A stretch of 64,000 bases of DNA from Bilabrum cf. latius (Eukaryota): positions 1-64,000 of the forward strand of contig OZ237753.1 of NCBI GenBank assembly GCA_965178125.1, read 5' to 3'. Below the pieces are notes generated by a model. That model searched no databases, was not told where the DNA came from, and saw only the letters and a program-made list of their open reading frames with translations. Made by a program: the position numbers and the translations under genes. Positions within the stretch are counted from its first letter, which is position 1, and each line of letters begins with the position of its first letter. Below are positions 47,850 to 60,800 of this stretch, in pieces.

Positions 47850-49159
47850 ATGGAGTCGGATGATGAGATGGACGGAGAGGCAGCGGCTGGACATGCCGAT
47901 GAAGATGGGGGTATAGATGAAGGAGAGGCTGGTGGATCGGGCCTACCAGCAGAGGACTTGCTGAAGAAGGTTCCTGAGAGCACCAAGGACTACATGAAGA
48001 CGACGGCGGTCTGCCTTGACCACACCATTCGACCTTCAGATCGGCTGAATTATATGAAGGAACGAGACAGCGTTCAGCAGTAGACGGCGTATGACCTGGT
48101 TCGCTGTGCACTGATCCATGGTATGGCTCAGTCCGTGCCGGTGCGAGACGCTGACATGAGATCACAGACATCGGTGCAGAACTACAAGAGCACATTCCGT
48201 GGAGCCAAATCCATCGCGCAATACATTATGCGAGAATGCACCGGCCTGGACCTGGCTGCATCGGTGCGACCCATCTCCTTCGAGGACGGTGAGCATCTGC
48301 TCGACGAAGTGTTCGGTTGCCTCCTAGGAATCGCCATGCACTCGCCAGGCTGACACGCGACAACCCATCCCCATGCCGCTACTTAACATATCCCTCCCAA
48401 AGCCCACCACAAACCCCCTTGCTCTTCCCTTCTCCTCCACACGCAGCCGACCGCCAGATGCACACGCAGAGCTTCGACGTCCGCGCCGATTTCAAGAGCA
48501 TGCACCTGGTCAACCCGCTCGCACAGAAATCAGCGGCGCTCAGGGACCGGCTGGAGGGTATTCGAGCGGCCAACACGCCCTTCTACTCTGCCCAGCGCGG
48601 CCTCGAGACGCTCGTGCTCTCGGTCATACTCGGGAGCAAGGGGCAGGGGCTGAGCGAGGAGCAGCTGGCCGACGCCCTCCCCAAGTTCGATCCCGGGCTG
48701 GAGGACGACGCCTACTGCCAGCGCCAGTTCGGGCGTACCTGGCGGGAACACCTCACTGGGAGCATGCGGGTCACCAGGCTGGTGGACAGGTGCAGGGAGC
48801 AGTACGCGGACGAGGCAGGGGTCAACCGGCAGGTGGACGTGTTCAGGCTGGGAAGCCGGGGCAGGGCCGAGATTGGGCCCGAGACGATTCTGGAGCTGGC
48901 TGCCAGGGTGTCTCAGGACGGGACACCTGCCCCCCGAGATGCGATGCAGGCGTGGATGCGGCTGGAGGCGCTGGAGAGGGACATGGAGGAGGAGGAGGAC
49001 GATGAAGAGGAGGAAGAGGAGGAGGAGCCGGCCGGCAGGCGACGCGGGGGTCGGCGTGCGGCCTCGTCTTCGAAGGGTAAGAGCAAGGGCAAGGGCAAGA
49101 AGTCGTCATCTTCGGCCAGCTCGTCTGCGGAGGTCGGCAGCAAGCGGAAGAGGCGATGA
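47850..49159 (+). CDS. NSE3: MAGE-domain protein (Nse3/NSMCE3, SMC5/6 complex)
   Basis: [Q]TAYDLVRCAL, RGLETLVLSVILGSKGQGLSEEQLADAL, VFRLGSRGRAEIGPETILELAARV match the MAGE winged-helix pattern. Intron 48289-48446; TAG at 48081. Confidence 0.7.
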
Positions 49160-49570
49160 GTGCGTTGCACATGATAGCTGTGGCCATAGCACGCTTGGGT
49201 GTGGTCATGTGCGTGGTCTGGGGGCAATATTGCATCTCTCCTTCCACAGCCTGAAGCACTGGCAGCTTCCAAAGCCGGTGGTTCCGCTGCGAATGCGCGG
49301 CGCGAGTCCACCAACGGGCATGCTCGCCCCTCCCCCACGCAATACGTATCCATCAGCATGTTCACTGCAGCTGGCAGTGCGGTAATTTCAGGTTATGATC
49401 GCCCGTAGCGCCAATACAAGTCATCTCAGCCTTTGAAGTCTCCACAGGAGCTCGCCACGCTGCTGGACAGAACGGAATCCCAGTCGAGGCGTTCACCAGC
49501 CTCTAGACAATCCAGGAAGCGAAGCCCGAGATTTTTTACGCTACATCGATTTGACGCAAAGAAAGGTGCA

Positions 49571-52500
49571 ATGTCTGGGAAGACAGCGCGCCAATCGAGA
49601 CTTGAACAGTACGAATCATCTAGGGCATCGTCTGGCCGCCGACGCGAGAGGAGGCCCAGAACACCGGACAAGATCTCGGCCTAGAACTAGGTGTTTAGGA
49701 TCCTTTGGAACCACTTCAACCGAAGCATGGACATGTGGCGCTTGTGCCTGCTGGCAGATCGTCAACTTGCTACCAGCAATGGTGCAGCCGCAGACACGCA
49801 GCCCATCGCTGCTCTGGCGGTAGAAACTCGCGTGAGAGAAGATCTTCGCAGACGGCGAGAAGACGAATGCTTCTAGAAAATAGTCATACTGAAGAATCTC
49901 CCAGATTATCCTTTGCAAGGGGCGCACGGGCGCTCCGCACTGCAACGAGCCGCCGAAACTGTCCTGATTGACGTGTGCACCAAAGAAGGGCTCCTCGACC
50001 TGGAGGCGAGCGGGCTTGCAGCCCATGGCGAAGCTGGAGGAGCCTCAGAGCACCGGGCACCCGGCAGTTTGGCGAAGGAGCAGTGGGAAGCAGCCCTGCG
50101 CGATGTTGCTTGCTCCGAGGACGGAGGAGATCGTCTCCTGGCTGTGTCCGCGGCGCTCGGCGTGCTCCCACCTTCGCACGACCCGACCAGCAATGCTAAA
50201 CCGCCTTCACAACTGGAGCAAATCTTAGGTCATGTGTATCGGTCTCGGGCCCGCATGGACCGGGTCATGATGGCTGCGGGGCATGCCGCCGGCCTGCTGC
50301 TAGGCGGCAGTGCCAGGGGCAGCGACCCATCGGACAGCGATGGCGGCGATGTCGCTGGCGATTCTGTATTGCATTCAATCGCGGGGCAGAGATCCGCCGC
50401 CATCCAGCAGGGCCTGGCCGGTGTCCTGAATGCGGAGCTCGCGGTGCAGCGGAGGGCCCGGCAGCAGGAGGAAGCAGAGAGACACAGGAGGGAAGGGCTC
50501 CAGATCAACGGTGGAGATGAAAGTGGCCCACCACGCCCCGAGGATGGCGGTGCAGTCTAGCAGAAATCGCATCCCCATGCCGGTCCGCCGCACGAGGTTA
50601 TCCGACACCTGATGGGGGGGGAATTCACTGTGACCCCGCGCAGGGCAACTATGAGTCGAGAGCACGCAAGGCCGGGCAGCCCTGCGAGAACTGATCCCCG
50701 GCACTCCTCTCTAGGAAGAATACAGGCTGTCTCAGTAGAATTACATGACCCCTCCCGCGCCTGGACGCCCAGACTCACTGCTGCGTCCGCGCGAGAAGAG
50801 GTAGGCAGCCTCGGCGCCGAGACGAGCACCTCCAGCAGCAGCCTACCGGCAGGGATCATCCCCGCGCCCCGCAACTCGCCCTAGGAGCCCGTGTTTGCCC
50901 CCGTCGTCCACTAGGAGTCGCCGTCAGAGTCGGCGCACAGGACGCAGGCCTCCCTGCTGGACGGTCTCGCGCTCGAATCCACCGGTGGATCGTCGATGCA
51001 CTCCCTCGGAGGGTCGCAACTCTCCGGTCCCGGCGGCAGCTCCAGGGAGAGTCCATCGGTGGAGCCCAGGCTCTCTGGATCTGCCGCTGTGTACAGGAGG
51101 TACAGGCTGGCATCGCTCGAGGGCATGGAGCCCGGGCCCGTGAGGAAGATTCACTCTAGGGCGCAGGTGGAGGACGAGGACGAGGGCGGGGACGAGGAAC
51201 GGACCAGCGTGTAGAAAGGTATCGGTACAAGTGGCAGCGGGTCCTCGATGCTGGAGCTGGGCCAGCCGTCCAGCCTTCATGAGAGCAAGAGCCTAGGCCG
51301 AAGCCAGGGCAGTTGGCAGGGGCAGCCAGAAGGGCCTCCCGCCGCGGGACACAGCGGCTCGCAGCTCGCACCAAGCCTCTTTGCGGGCTCTCTTTGGAGT
51401 GACGCGCAGGTGCGAGCCGCCCGCGCCGCCGGAGACATACGCCGCCCCAATGGAGGCAATCTTGGCCCAGTCACAAGCGGCAGAACCCACGCTGGTCCGA
51501 GCAAGACCGCCTCCTTGGCAGGGACGGGCGTGGCTAAGACCACGGGTGGCAACAACACCTCCACTGGGCTCATGGACTTCGAGGCAGCCCAGGCTCTGGC
51601 GAAGCGAAGGTTCACCGCGGCTCGCATGATCCAGGCCCGGTGGCGTGGTTGGAGCCACAGCCGTCGTGTTGCTCTCGTGGTGGCGACCGGCATGCACGTG
51701 GACCGAGCGGTCGACCGAAGAGGGAGGCAGGCAACGAGGGTCCGTGGTGCAGGCCGGGAAAGCACCAAGGAAGGGCGTCATTGTCTACCAGGCATGGGCT
51801 CGGGCGGTGCGTTTGAATCGAGTAGAGTCTTGCCTCCGGCCATTTTCTCCGCGGATACCCCTAGCCACGGGCGGATCGGCACCATGCAAGTTGCCCTTGC
51901 CAGGCTCCGCGTCACTGGCGCATGCAGACGCATCCAGCGGGCCATGCTGCGGGCCATGCTGCAATCACGCGCGAAATCAGCGCGGTCCATGGGTGGTGGG
52001 TCCTCCATGCTGACTCTTGGGACGACTGCTGCCACAGCCACGGGCCAGAGCGCCAGGCACGCCAAAGCTGCCGTCGCCGTCCAGTCCGCCGTCAGGATGC
52101 TGCTGGCCAGGAATCGCGCCAGATCGATGCGGCTGGAGCGCGAATTCCTCCAGACGCACTCCAGGATGCGGTGTTCCCTGGAACGGCAGCAGCGGAGGGC
52201 GCAGCGTTCCGCCGCCGGCATGGAGGCTTGGGCCTGGGCCAGGCAGCAGTATCTCGCCGAGCTGTCCCGGCTGAGGAGGGCTGCTCGACTGAGGTCAGAG
52301 GAGACCAGAGTTTCGACGATCCGGAGCCAAAAGAAGGCCGTGAAGGAGCTTCTGCGGCCACTGGACGTGCATGAGCGGCGCTGGATTGAGCAGCGAGTGC
52401 CTGTGCGAGGCGATGAGCTTCGCTCCATGCAGGCCCGCAATGATGCGATGGAGCGTGCCCGGCGAAGTGGAAACAACGGCCGGCCAAAGGATCCTTTTTC

Positions 52501-53275
52501 GAACGAGGCCCACATCCCTGTGGGCAGGGGACAGAGCGAGGTGGTGCTGCACCAGCGAGTGTGGTACAAGCTCGAATACCTGGACAGCACGACCGGCCTG
52601 GTGACCGACGTGCACCCGCGCATGAGCGAGCTCAAGGACCGGCTCCAGGCCCTCCGGGCGGCGGCCAACCGAGCCATCCAGCGTGTCGGGCAGGAGGCCA
52701 GGACCGCCCACGTGCAGTCTGCGAGAAAGAACTGGGAGGCCTCGCAATCGGCCCTTGATGCGATGTACGAGGCCAGGCTGCAGCACGACAACGGCATCAG
52801 GGCCGCAGTCCGGAGGGAGAGGCAGGGTATCCTGGCCATGCCGACTCTGGGGAACCGAGGGCCGGGAGGTCCCGTGCCCGCGTCTATTCGTGCATCCGCA
52901 AGAGCTGCTGGGTGGAGCATGCCCAGGGGTGGCACTGCGCCTGCCCAACCCCTTCGGGCCATTGGCTTAGGGGACCGTCGATAGGGAATGGCGGCCAGCA
53001 GCAGCACAGGTCTTGGCACGGGGGCTGTCAGCGCGATGCCATCCGTGGAGGAGGAGAGGAGGCCGGTGGGCCAGGCCATCGTGTCGAGGACGAGGGAGAG
53101 GCTGACATCGATGCTCGCATCGGCGCTGTCGTCCACGTCTGCAAAGGCCCAGGGCCGCGTGGAGGAGCGGCAGAGGGCAGAGGAGGGGCGAGCAGGCGAG
53201 CCTATCCAGGAGCTGACACCGGAGCTGCTGGCGGCACTGGACAGCGAGTCGGGGGCGAGCGAATCGGGGCGCTGA
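49571..53275 (+). CDS. Large IQ-motif (calmodulin-binding) coiled-coil protein (start may be 49358)
   Basis: One frame joining ORFs 49433/49691/49913/50612/50996/51248/52988 through TAGs only. IQ-like AARMIQARWRGW, ACRRIQRAMLR, AAVAVQSAVRMLLAR. Ends TGA. Confidence 0.7.
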
Positions 53276-53375
53276 GCACGCGGCATGCATCCCCAGCGAG
53301 ATGCGGGCAGATCGCGCAGGCAAGCTTAGAATCAATCAGAATCAATCATATCATCTCAACGATTCACAGCATGCA

Positions 53376-54476
53376 TCATTCACATGCGCACCCGCGGTCC
53401 TTCTAGTCATACAGCGTCAGGACGCAGCACGAGAAGACCAGTCCCTTCGGCAGCGCCACTGCATTCCTCGTGTACAGTTGTTTGTCCAAGTGATCATCCG
53501 CGCTGAAGCACTCGTCACTGATCCGGATGAGTCTCAACGGGGTGAATAGATATGTGTCGTACCCCTTCTGCGACAGCAGCTCGAACTACTCCTTGGGCTT
53601 CATGTCGGTCTGGAGGGAGATCCTGTTGAGCTCGAAGAATATCGCCTTGATTTTGCCGGATCCCAGCAGATCATATGGTTTGGTCATGCCTCGCAACACC
53701 ATCCCGTCCAAGCCCTCCGTGTCTATTTTCATGAACGGGATGTCTGCGTCCCGACCGATGCCCTCGGGGCTGTCTGCCCACTCTCCGATCGAAACCGTTT
53801 CAACGTGGCCAACTACCGAGTCAAACGTTTTTCCTCCATCTGGAGGTCGATGAAGCAGTGAAAACATTGTCCAGCTGTCCCACTTCGTCGCCTGAGGGGC
53901 GCCAAGCACGTCTACCTTTTGTCCAGACGTGTCGCTGACCGCTCGCTGTATCTGATGCAGTCGCTCAGGGGCAACATGGTCCCGAACCGTTTTCTGTATC
54001 AGTTTCTACATCTTGGGCATCATCTCAAACGTGTAATGCTGCTATCCGGGCCACACTTTTGCCATTTCCCTGGAAAATTCTCCCTTGTTCGCACCGATGT
54101 CTATAAAGACTGACTGGGATCCTGCTACCGCCCCTGCTTGCTTCACGGCCTGTAAGAGCTTTGCCTATGCTTCACCGACATCTGGGTGCCCTCGGATTTC
54201 CTCCTTTACGTCACTCGCAGACAGGCTTGGCTGGCATTGCTCCCCCGCCCACTCGGCCACCAGACCCGACTGCCTCGTAGCAAACAGGCTGACTGCAGCG
54301 CCTGATGTGGCACCGTGTCGAAGTGAATAATTTCCTGAGAAGTATAGCATCGGGCCTGCTGCAATCACAAGAACAGCGGCAATGCAAGCAGATGCGACAA
54401 CCAGCGTTCTGTTCATCTTCACACATTTCACTACGCCCCAGCCTTTCCGTCCCTCTTTCCTATCTGACGAGTTCAT
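53376..54476 (-). CDS. FkbM-family SAM-dependent methyltransferase, type II membrane anchor
   Basis: N-terminal TM, VFIDIGANKG, YTFE, RAVSD, FMKIDTEGLDGMVLRG, IFFE. TAGs at 54165, 54042, 54006, 53586, 53403. Start may be 54416. Ends TGA. Confidence 0.82.
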
Positions 54477-54832
54477 ATTGAAGTTCGTATAGATTTCAAA
54501 CACAAAACTTGGCTTTTCTAGAGTGTGGTGTGATAATATTGGGATGCCAGAGTGGGAGCGCGTGATCGTCTCGTTGGGTTCCGCTGGCGGTTTTAATCTT
54601 CTTCTTCTAGAAGTTCAACACGATTCGCGAACGTTTGGCAGGCCTGGTGTCAGCCCTCTACTGAGACACTTCCACCACTGCATGCTCCGCGTTCACGATA
54701 TTTAATCTTCTTCTTGAAAGTTCCGCTGGCGGGGAGGTGAGACCACGCCAACGGATTGCTTGCGGAGCGGGGCGGAGATTGGGTCATTTTGCCTACTCGG
54801 AGCCTCAGCAAAACCAAGGCGACGATCCAAAA

Positions 54833-57800
54833 TCACTGCCTGCTCTTGCTACAGATGCTGCACACCTTGATACCCATCGGGTTATTCATGGTGCAGTGCT
54901 TGCAGCTCCAGTAAGGACCCATCGTAGGATCCACCCCGTCGGCACCGGGAGGGACAGGAACCGCAGCCGCTGCCCCCTCTGCCCGACCCTGGCCGCTGGC
55001 TGAGGCAGACCCCTGCATTGAGGAACCCTGCCCCTGGCCCTGCTGCACCCCGACTGCACTCCCGCCTCCTCCTCCTCCACTTTGTCCCTATGTGCGGAAG
55101 CTGTCCTGCATCTCACGGGCAAACGCCGCGTCCTTCTCTTCCTGGGTCATGGTGGAGGAGGCTGCAGTACTTGCGGCACCAGGGAAAGTGGAGGAGGAGG
55201 AGGAGGCAGGTTGGTAGCCTGCCCCAGACCCGAAGCCAGTCGGCCCACCACTGGACCCGAAGCCAGGCACCGCACGAGATCCCGCACCCGTGCCCGTGCC
55301 AGCAGTTGGATACCCCGGGCCGGCGACGTCGATACCTGGGGGTGCGGGTGGGTGGGTGGATGCCGGCGAGTAAGGCGCGGCAGATGCTGCGGCAGCACCG
55401 ACGGTACCAGCCATGCTCGCGCCTGAGTACCCGCCGAACGCGTACGACGGCAGCGGCCCGCCAGATCCAGTGGTGGACGCTGGGCCTGCACTCGTTACAC
55501 CGCTGGCACTCGGATATCCAGGGCCGGCGGGCTGGGCGGATGCTCCGACGCCTGTCGCCGTGCTGGCAGGTGCATACCCATCTGTTCCCTGCCCGTGGGC
55601 CGGGGCCGGGGCTTGCGCCGTGGGCAGCGACTGTCCCACGGTAGACGCAGCGGACGGACTCGGAATCGCATAGGTGGGTGGGCCTAGCCCGAAGCCAGCG
55701 GGTGGGGCAGCCGATGCCCCGCCTCGGGGGCCAACCGGCTGCGAGAAGGAAGATGCCGCCGCTCCTGTCGTGGCACTGGCACTGCTACCCGGAGCACTCT
55801 GCCACGAGGATGCACCCTGCCCGGAAGTCCCAGCTCCAGTTGGTGCAGTGCGGTGCACCTGGGGAAACCCAGGCGCAGGTGCAGGCGCCCCTAGGAGCCC
55901 ACCATCTCCAACCCGCCCGAGATCGCCAGGCAGCGACAGGTCGCTGGGCTCGTCGGGTACAAGCGCAGGAGACCCTGTGCTGCCTGGCTCCACGCCGACC
56001 GCGCCGGACCCAGCCCCTGGCTGTCCGGCGGTTCCGCGGGGCGTCCACGGCGCCGCCCCAAGCAGCTCATCCGTCGGTGGCAGCCCGGGCAGGGGCGCAA
56101 AGAACGGAGACGTCCTCGCTTCGAGGCGGGCCGCTGCCAGGTCCCGGCCCTGGGAGGTGGCCAAAGGCGCGGGCATAGGCCTCGCCCCCACTGCGGTGTG
56201 CATGCGTACCAGCGCGAGCAGCAGTCCGCTGTTCCCTGCGCCACCGCCGCTGGACCGCCCCGACAGCTCCACGGGGATTTCTCTCGCTGCCAGCTGCCGC
56301 AGCGCGCCCATGCCCGCTGCGACTCTCTGTGCGCACTCCGCAGTATCGCCCCCTGCCGCCATGCCCTGCGCCGCGGGGTCAGCCGCTCCTGCTGGAGCGC
56401 CGCCGCCCGACTGCGCCCTCGCCCTCTTGCCTAGCTCATCGCCGGCGCTGCTCACCCCGTGGCCCAGGCGAGCGAAGGACGCCACCGCGCTGGCTGCCTG
56501 CACCTTGAGTCCGTCCGCGTGGGCATCCGAGGCGGAGACTGCAGCAATCCCGTAGGCGGCTTCAAGCACGCCGGCGTCAATGATGCCGGCCAGCAGACGC
56601 AGGTCGGGCGCAGGCTAGGAAGAGCTGGCAGAGGCGCAGGCACCTGCAAGCACGACCAGCCCGTGGAGGGCCGCGCGAGTCGCGTCTCGGCTCTCGGGCG
56701 CCAGGGCGGCGGGCGCCGGCTGCAGGGCGCGGCCGAGTGCCCGCAGGGTCTGCGATCGGGGCACAAAGCCGCCGCTTCCGTCAACGGACCCGGTCTTTGT
56801 CGATTCAGCAGCGGCCTGCGCCAGGCCCTCCGCGGCGGTGGAGAAGCCGAACAGAGCGAGAGCCTTGCCCGCGCGGCCGTCGAGCGCCGAGGCCAGCGGG
56901 GCGGGGCTGCCGGCCCCATGCGAAGAGGGCGCGCAAAGCTGCAGCATGCGCTCCAGCAGCTCCGCCGCCCCGCTTCCCCCGAGATCCGTGGCTCCCACGG
57001 GCCGGGTGGCCACCGCCAGCGCGAGGCAGCCCGCAGCAGCCCTCGCAAGGTTCGCGAGAGCCACAGCCGACACGTGAGCGGGCCGGCGCGAGAGGGCGGG
57101 AGGCCTACCCTCTGCGGGCGACCCTTCTCTCGGTGCGTCAGAGTCAGCGGCAGCCGCCTCATGCACCTCGATATCAACCCCCAAAGCCTCTGCGAGCCGA
57201 TCCGCGGACACGAGGCCGGCCTCCACCGCGGCCCTGTGCGTGGAGGCCTCCCCTCGGGGCAGCATGGCGGCGGTGTCCACAGTCTGGGCCAGCGGCAGCA
57301 GCACGGCCACGCAGTCCAGCAGCAGCTTGCTGGCGGCATCTAGCCCGCGGGAGGAGTGGCTGCCCCCTGCCTGTGCCTTGGCCTGTCCCAGCGCCCCAGG
57401 CACCGCGAGCATGGTGGTGGTCACGCGGGCGACGAGAGTCTGAATGGCCGGACTGCTGCTGTGCGGTGCAGCGACAGCCAGGGCATCAGCACCGGGCTGG
57501 TCCGCCTGACCTTCTTCCTGTTCTTCTTTCTCCTTTCCTTCCCCGACCCCGCTGCTGCCAGACTCCTTCTTGCCGATTGCAGCAACGCCCGCATCTTCGC
57601 TGCTGGCCAGCGCAGTCGCGATCTGCAGGCGCACGGAATGCGAGGCCCTGCTGAGGGCACCGAGCACCCGCATCGCGTGCACGAATGCGCTCGCGTCCAC
57701 GCCGCCCGCACCAGCACCCCCGGGCCCGCCCACCCACGCCGGCTGGGATCGGATCATCTCAATGCTGGACTGCCGGTTGATGCCGGGGCTCGCCCTGGTC

Positions 57801-60800
57801 ACGGGAGACGACACGTCCAGCACCGCCCCGCCGGCCATCGACACGAACTGGCCGGCGTCAGCAGAGGCGCTCGCACCGGCAGCCACACCTTGCTGCTGCC
57901 CGTTCCCGATCATCGCAGACACAACCGCCTCGGCCGCTTCGACCGAGCCGGGTAGCAGCCCCGCCAGCCGCCCCACGAGGCCCAGCCTGGAGGCCTCCAC
58001 GGCCGCTTGCTGCACGTCCTCGGCCACAGCCCGCCGCAGGAGCACCATGGCGAGGCGCCCCTCCAGCGCCACCACGGAGGCAGAGGCGTGGGACGAGGCA
58101 GAGGACCCCCCGGCTTCCCGGCGAGCGCTCCTGTCCAGCATGTCGCACGCGGCGGCCACTGCGCCCTCGCGGAACAGGGCGGCTGCGTGCGCCCCCGCCG
58201 CCTCGAGCAAGCCCGCAGCGCACTGCAGCAGGGCGGGGTACTCCTTTGCCGCCTTGCCATCCCCCACTGCGCTCGCGGCGCCCGTTAGGTTCCGCATCAC
58301 GGGCGGCAGGACCACCTCACCGAGCAGCCTGAGTTCTTCCTGGGTCCAGGCGGGCACGTCCGCCCGCGGTATACCACCCCTGTCGGCGGCCGCTGCCACC
58401 GGCGTGCCGATCGATGCCTGCCTGCTGGGAGCGCTGCCGCCCGCGCCCTCGTCCGCGTCGGGGCCAGAACCGAATCCAGGCACAGCGCCGGCGGCACCCT
58501 CCTACTGCTGCTAGGAGGGTGCGGGGACCCCCCAGTCCGGGTGCGCGCACAGCAGCTGCAGCACGATGCGGTCCCAGCGGGAGGCCTGCGCGCCCGGAGA
58601 CCCTACTGCGGAAGGGACAGGAGGGGATCCCCCGCCCGGAGGTGGCACCGCGCCCACAGCTGCCCCGTGCTGCGCGGGCTCCAGCTGCTGGCCCGCCGCG
58701 GATCCACCCTGGCCGCCGGGCGCATCGCCTTGCAGCGTGTTGAGAACCTTCGCCACGAACCGTAGGAGCTTCGCTCGGACCCGGTTGTCCCCGGCCTGGT
58801 GGCTGGCACCACCGGCCCCCCTGCCGCCTGCAGACGGCCCGGCAGCACCCCCGCCGCCCTCGTGTCTCCCCAGCCTCGACCACAGCAGAGCGGAGTGCCC
58901 CTTCGAAAGCCCCTCCAAAAGGGACAGGCACTCGCCGGCCACTCCCACGGCCACCGCAGAACTGCCGCTGCCCCCTTGTCCTCTCGCGACGGCGTCAACA
59001 GCGCCTGCCTGCGCGCATGCGGTCAGCAGCAGCACCAGCGGACCCAGCGCCCCGGCTTCCAGGCACGCAGTTCCCGCCTCCTCCACTCCACTCCGCACCG
59101 CGACACCCAGGACACCCAGCGCAGCAGCAGCGATCGCCGGCTCTGATGGCTCCTCCCCGTCCCCGGCGGCCCCGCTGGACTGGCTGCCGCCGCGGCTCCC
59201 CGTGGCCGGCCACTGCTGCAGCCACGCGGCGGCCTGTCTCTCAGTGGACGGCAGCAGCCCCACCAGCGTCTGCACACCCTGCAGCTGCGCCAGCCTCCGC
59301 ACGTTGGAGCTGCCCTCGGAGCACAGCAGCCGCACGCTCCTGCACGCCCTGGCCTCTGCGCCCTTGTCCCCTGACCGCATCAGGGCGAGTGCCGTGGGCA
59401 GGTCGTTCCGGGCCTCCACCGCCTCCCAGACGGCGCCGCTGCGGCCCGCCACACGCAGCAGCAGCGCGGTCACAGTCATGCGGAGACGCTCCACGCTTGG
59501 CACAGCCACGAGGCCGAAACCGGCGGCATCGCCTCCTGGAGAGTCCGTCCCTCGGCCCGACACGGTGCTCTCCCGGAGGCTGTCCCTGTGCTGCACCAGG
59601 GAGGAGGGCGGGGGGGCGACAGCGCCGGGCGGAGCCACGGCTCCGCTGGTCTCTCGGCCCCCCGTCTGCCCCCCATCGTCGCCGTCCGAGACGATCGTAA
59701 ACAGCCGCATCAGCACCGTGGTGATGCCGCTGTCGGCCGCGACCAGTCCAGAAACCCGCACCATCATGGGGTCTGCCTGCGACCCCGCACCGGGGGCACT
59801 TTCCTTACCCTGGGCGCGGCCTGCGATTGCCTCCAGCAGCTGCACCGCCGGGAGCAGCAGCTGCCTGGCAGCCGGCTCCTGTTTGGCGGCCGCTCCCAGC
59901 GCCACCACCACAGGAGATGCGCAGTGCACTGCAGCCTGGCACAGCTCGAAGCGGCGCTCATCAGGCACGATGGAGGGCTGCGCCGGCTGGCCCAGACTGC
60001 CCACATGCAGTGGGCCCCCGCCCCTAAGTACCGCTGCGCAGGCCGCGCGCAGCGCCTTGAAAGCATCTGCCGCGGCGGCCAGCCGCCCCTCGCCGATCTG
60101 ACGCGCGGCCGCACCTGCGCGCTCCTCCTCCTCGTTCTCGTCCCGCGCCGGCCCCTGGGAGGTCGCGGTGGCACGCAGGCCGGCAGACACTCCGCCCACC
60201 AGCTTGATCAGCGCCTGCACCACTCCGGCATGGTCCGCGAGTGCCGCGAGCCGCGCCAAGTTCCGCAGGGCGACAGCATCCCCCGAAGAGCCGGCCCCCC
60301 CGCCGCTGCTCCCACCGTACGACGAGGCGCCCGCCGCGGGTCCTGAAAACCCGCCGCCGCTTGCCACCGACCGCTGGGCAGCCGCGGGCGCCAGCAGAGG
60401 TGAGTCCAGCACCTCCGTGACCATCTGCACCAGGCTGCGGACAGCCACCCACCGCAGGCGATTGGGCCCTGCTTCGGCGCCACCGCCCGCCACAGGGGCT
60501 CCCACCAGCAGGCACTGGACCAGCCTGCCCACATGCTTGAAGGCGGCAGTCGCAACCTCCTCCTTGAGCGAGGGAACAAAGGCTGCTTGCCTAGCCACCG
60601 AGAGAGCGCGCAGGGCTACCATGGGCGAGACGTCCCCCTGCAGCACCCTCAGCCCCGCGTGCAGCAGCTGCCGCCTCGCGTCGGCGCCCGATGCCTGCCC
60701 GTTGCTGCCATCCTACCCCTGTCCCTGACCCTGGCCCTGACCCTGACCCTGCTCCGATGCGGACGCAGAGACCCAAGCCATGCCCAGTAGGTGCTGCAGA

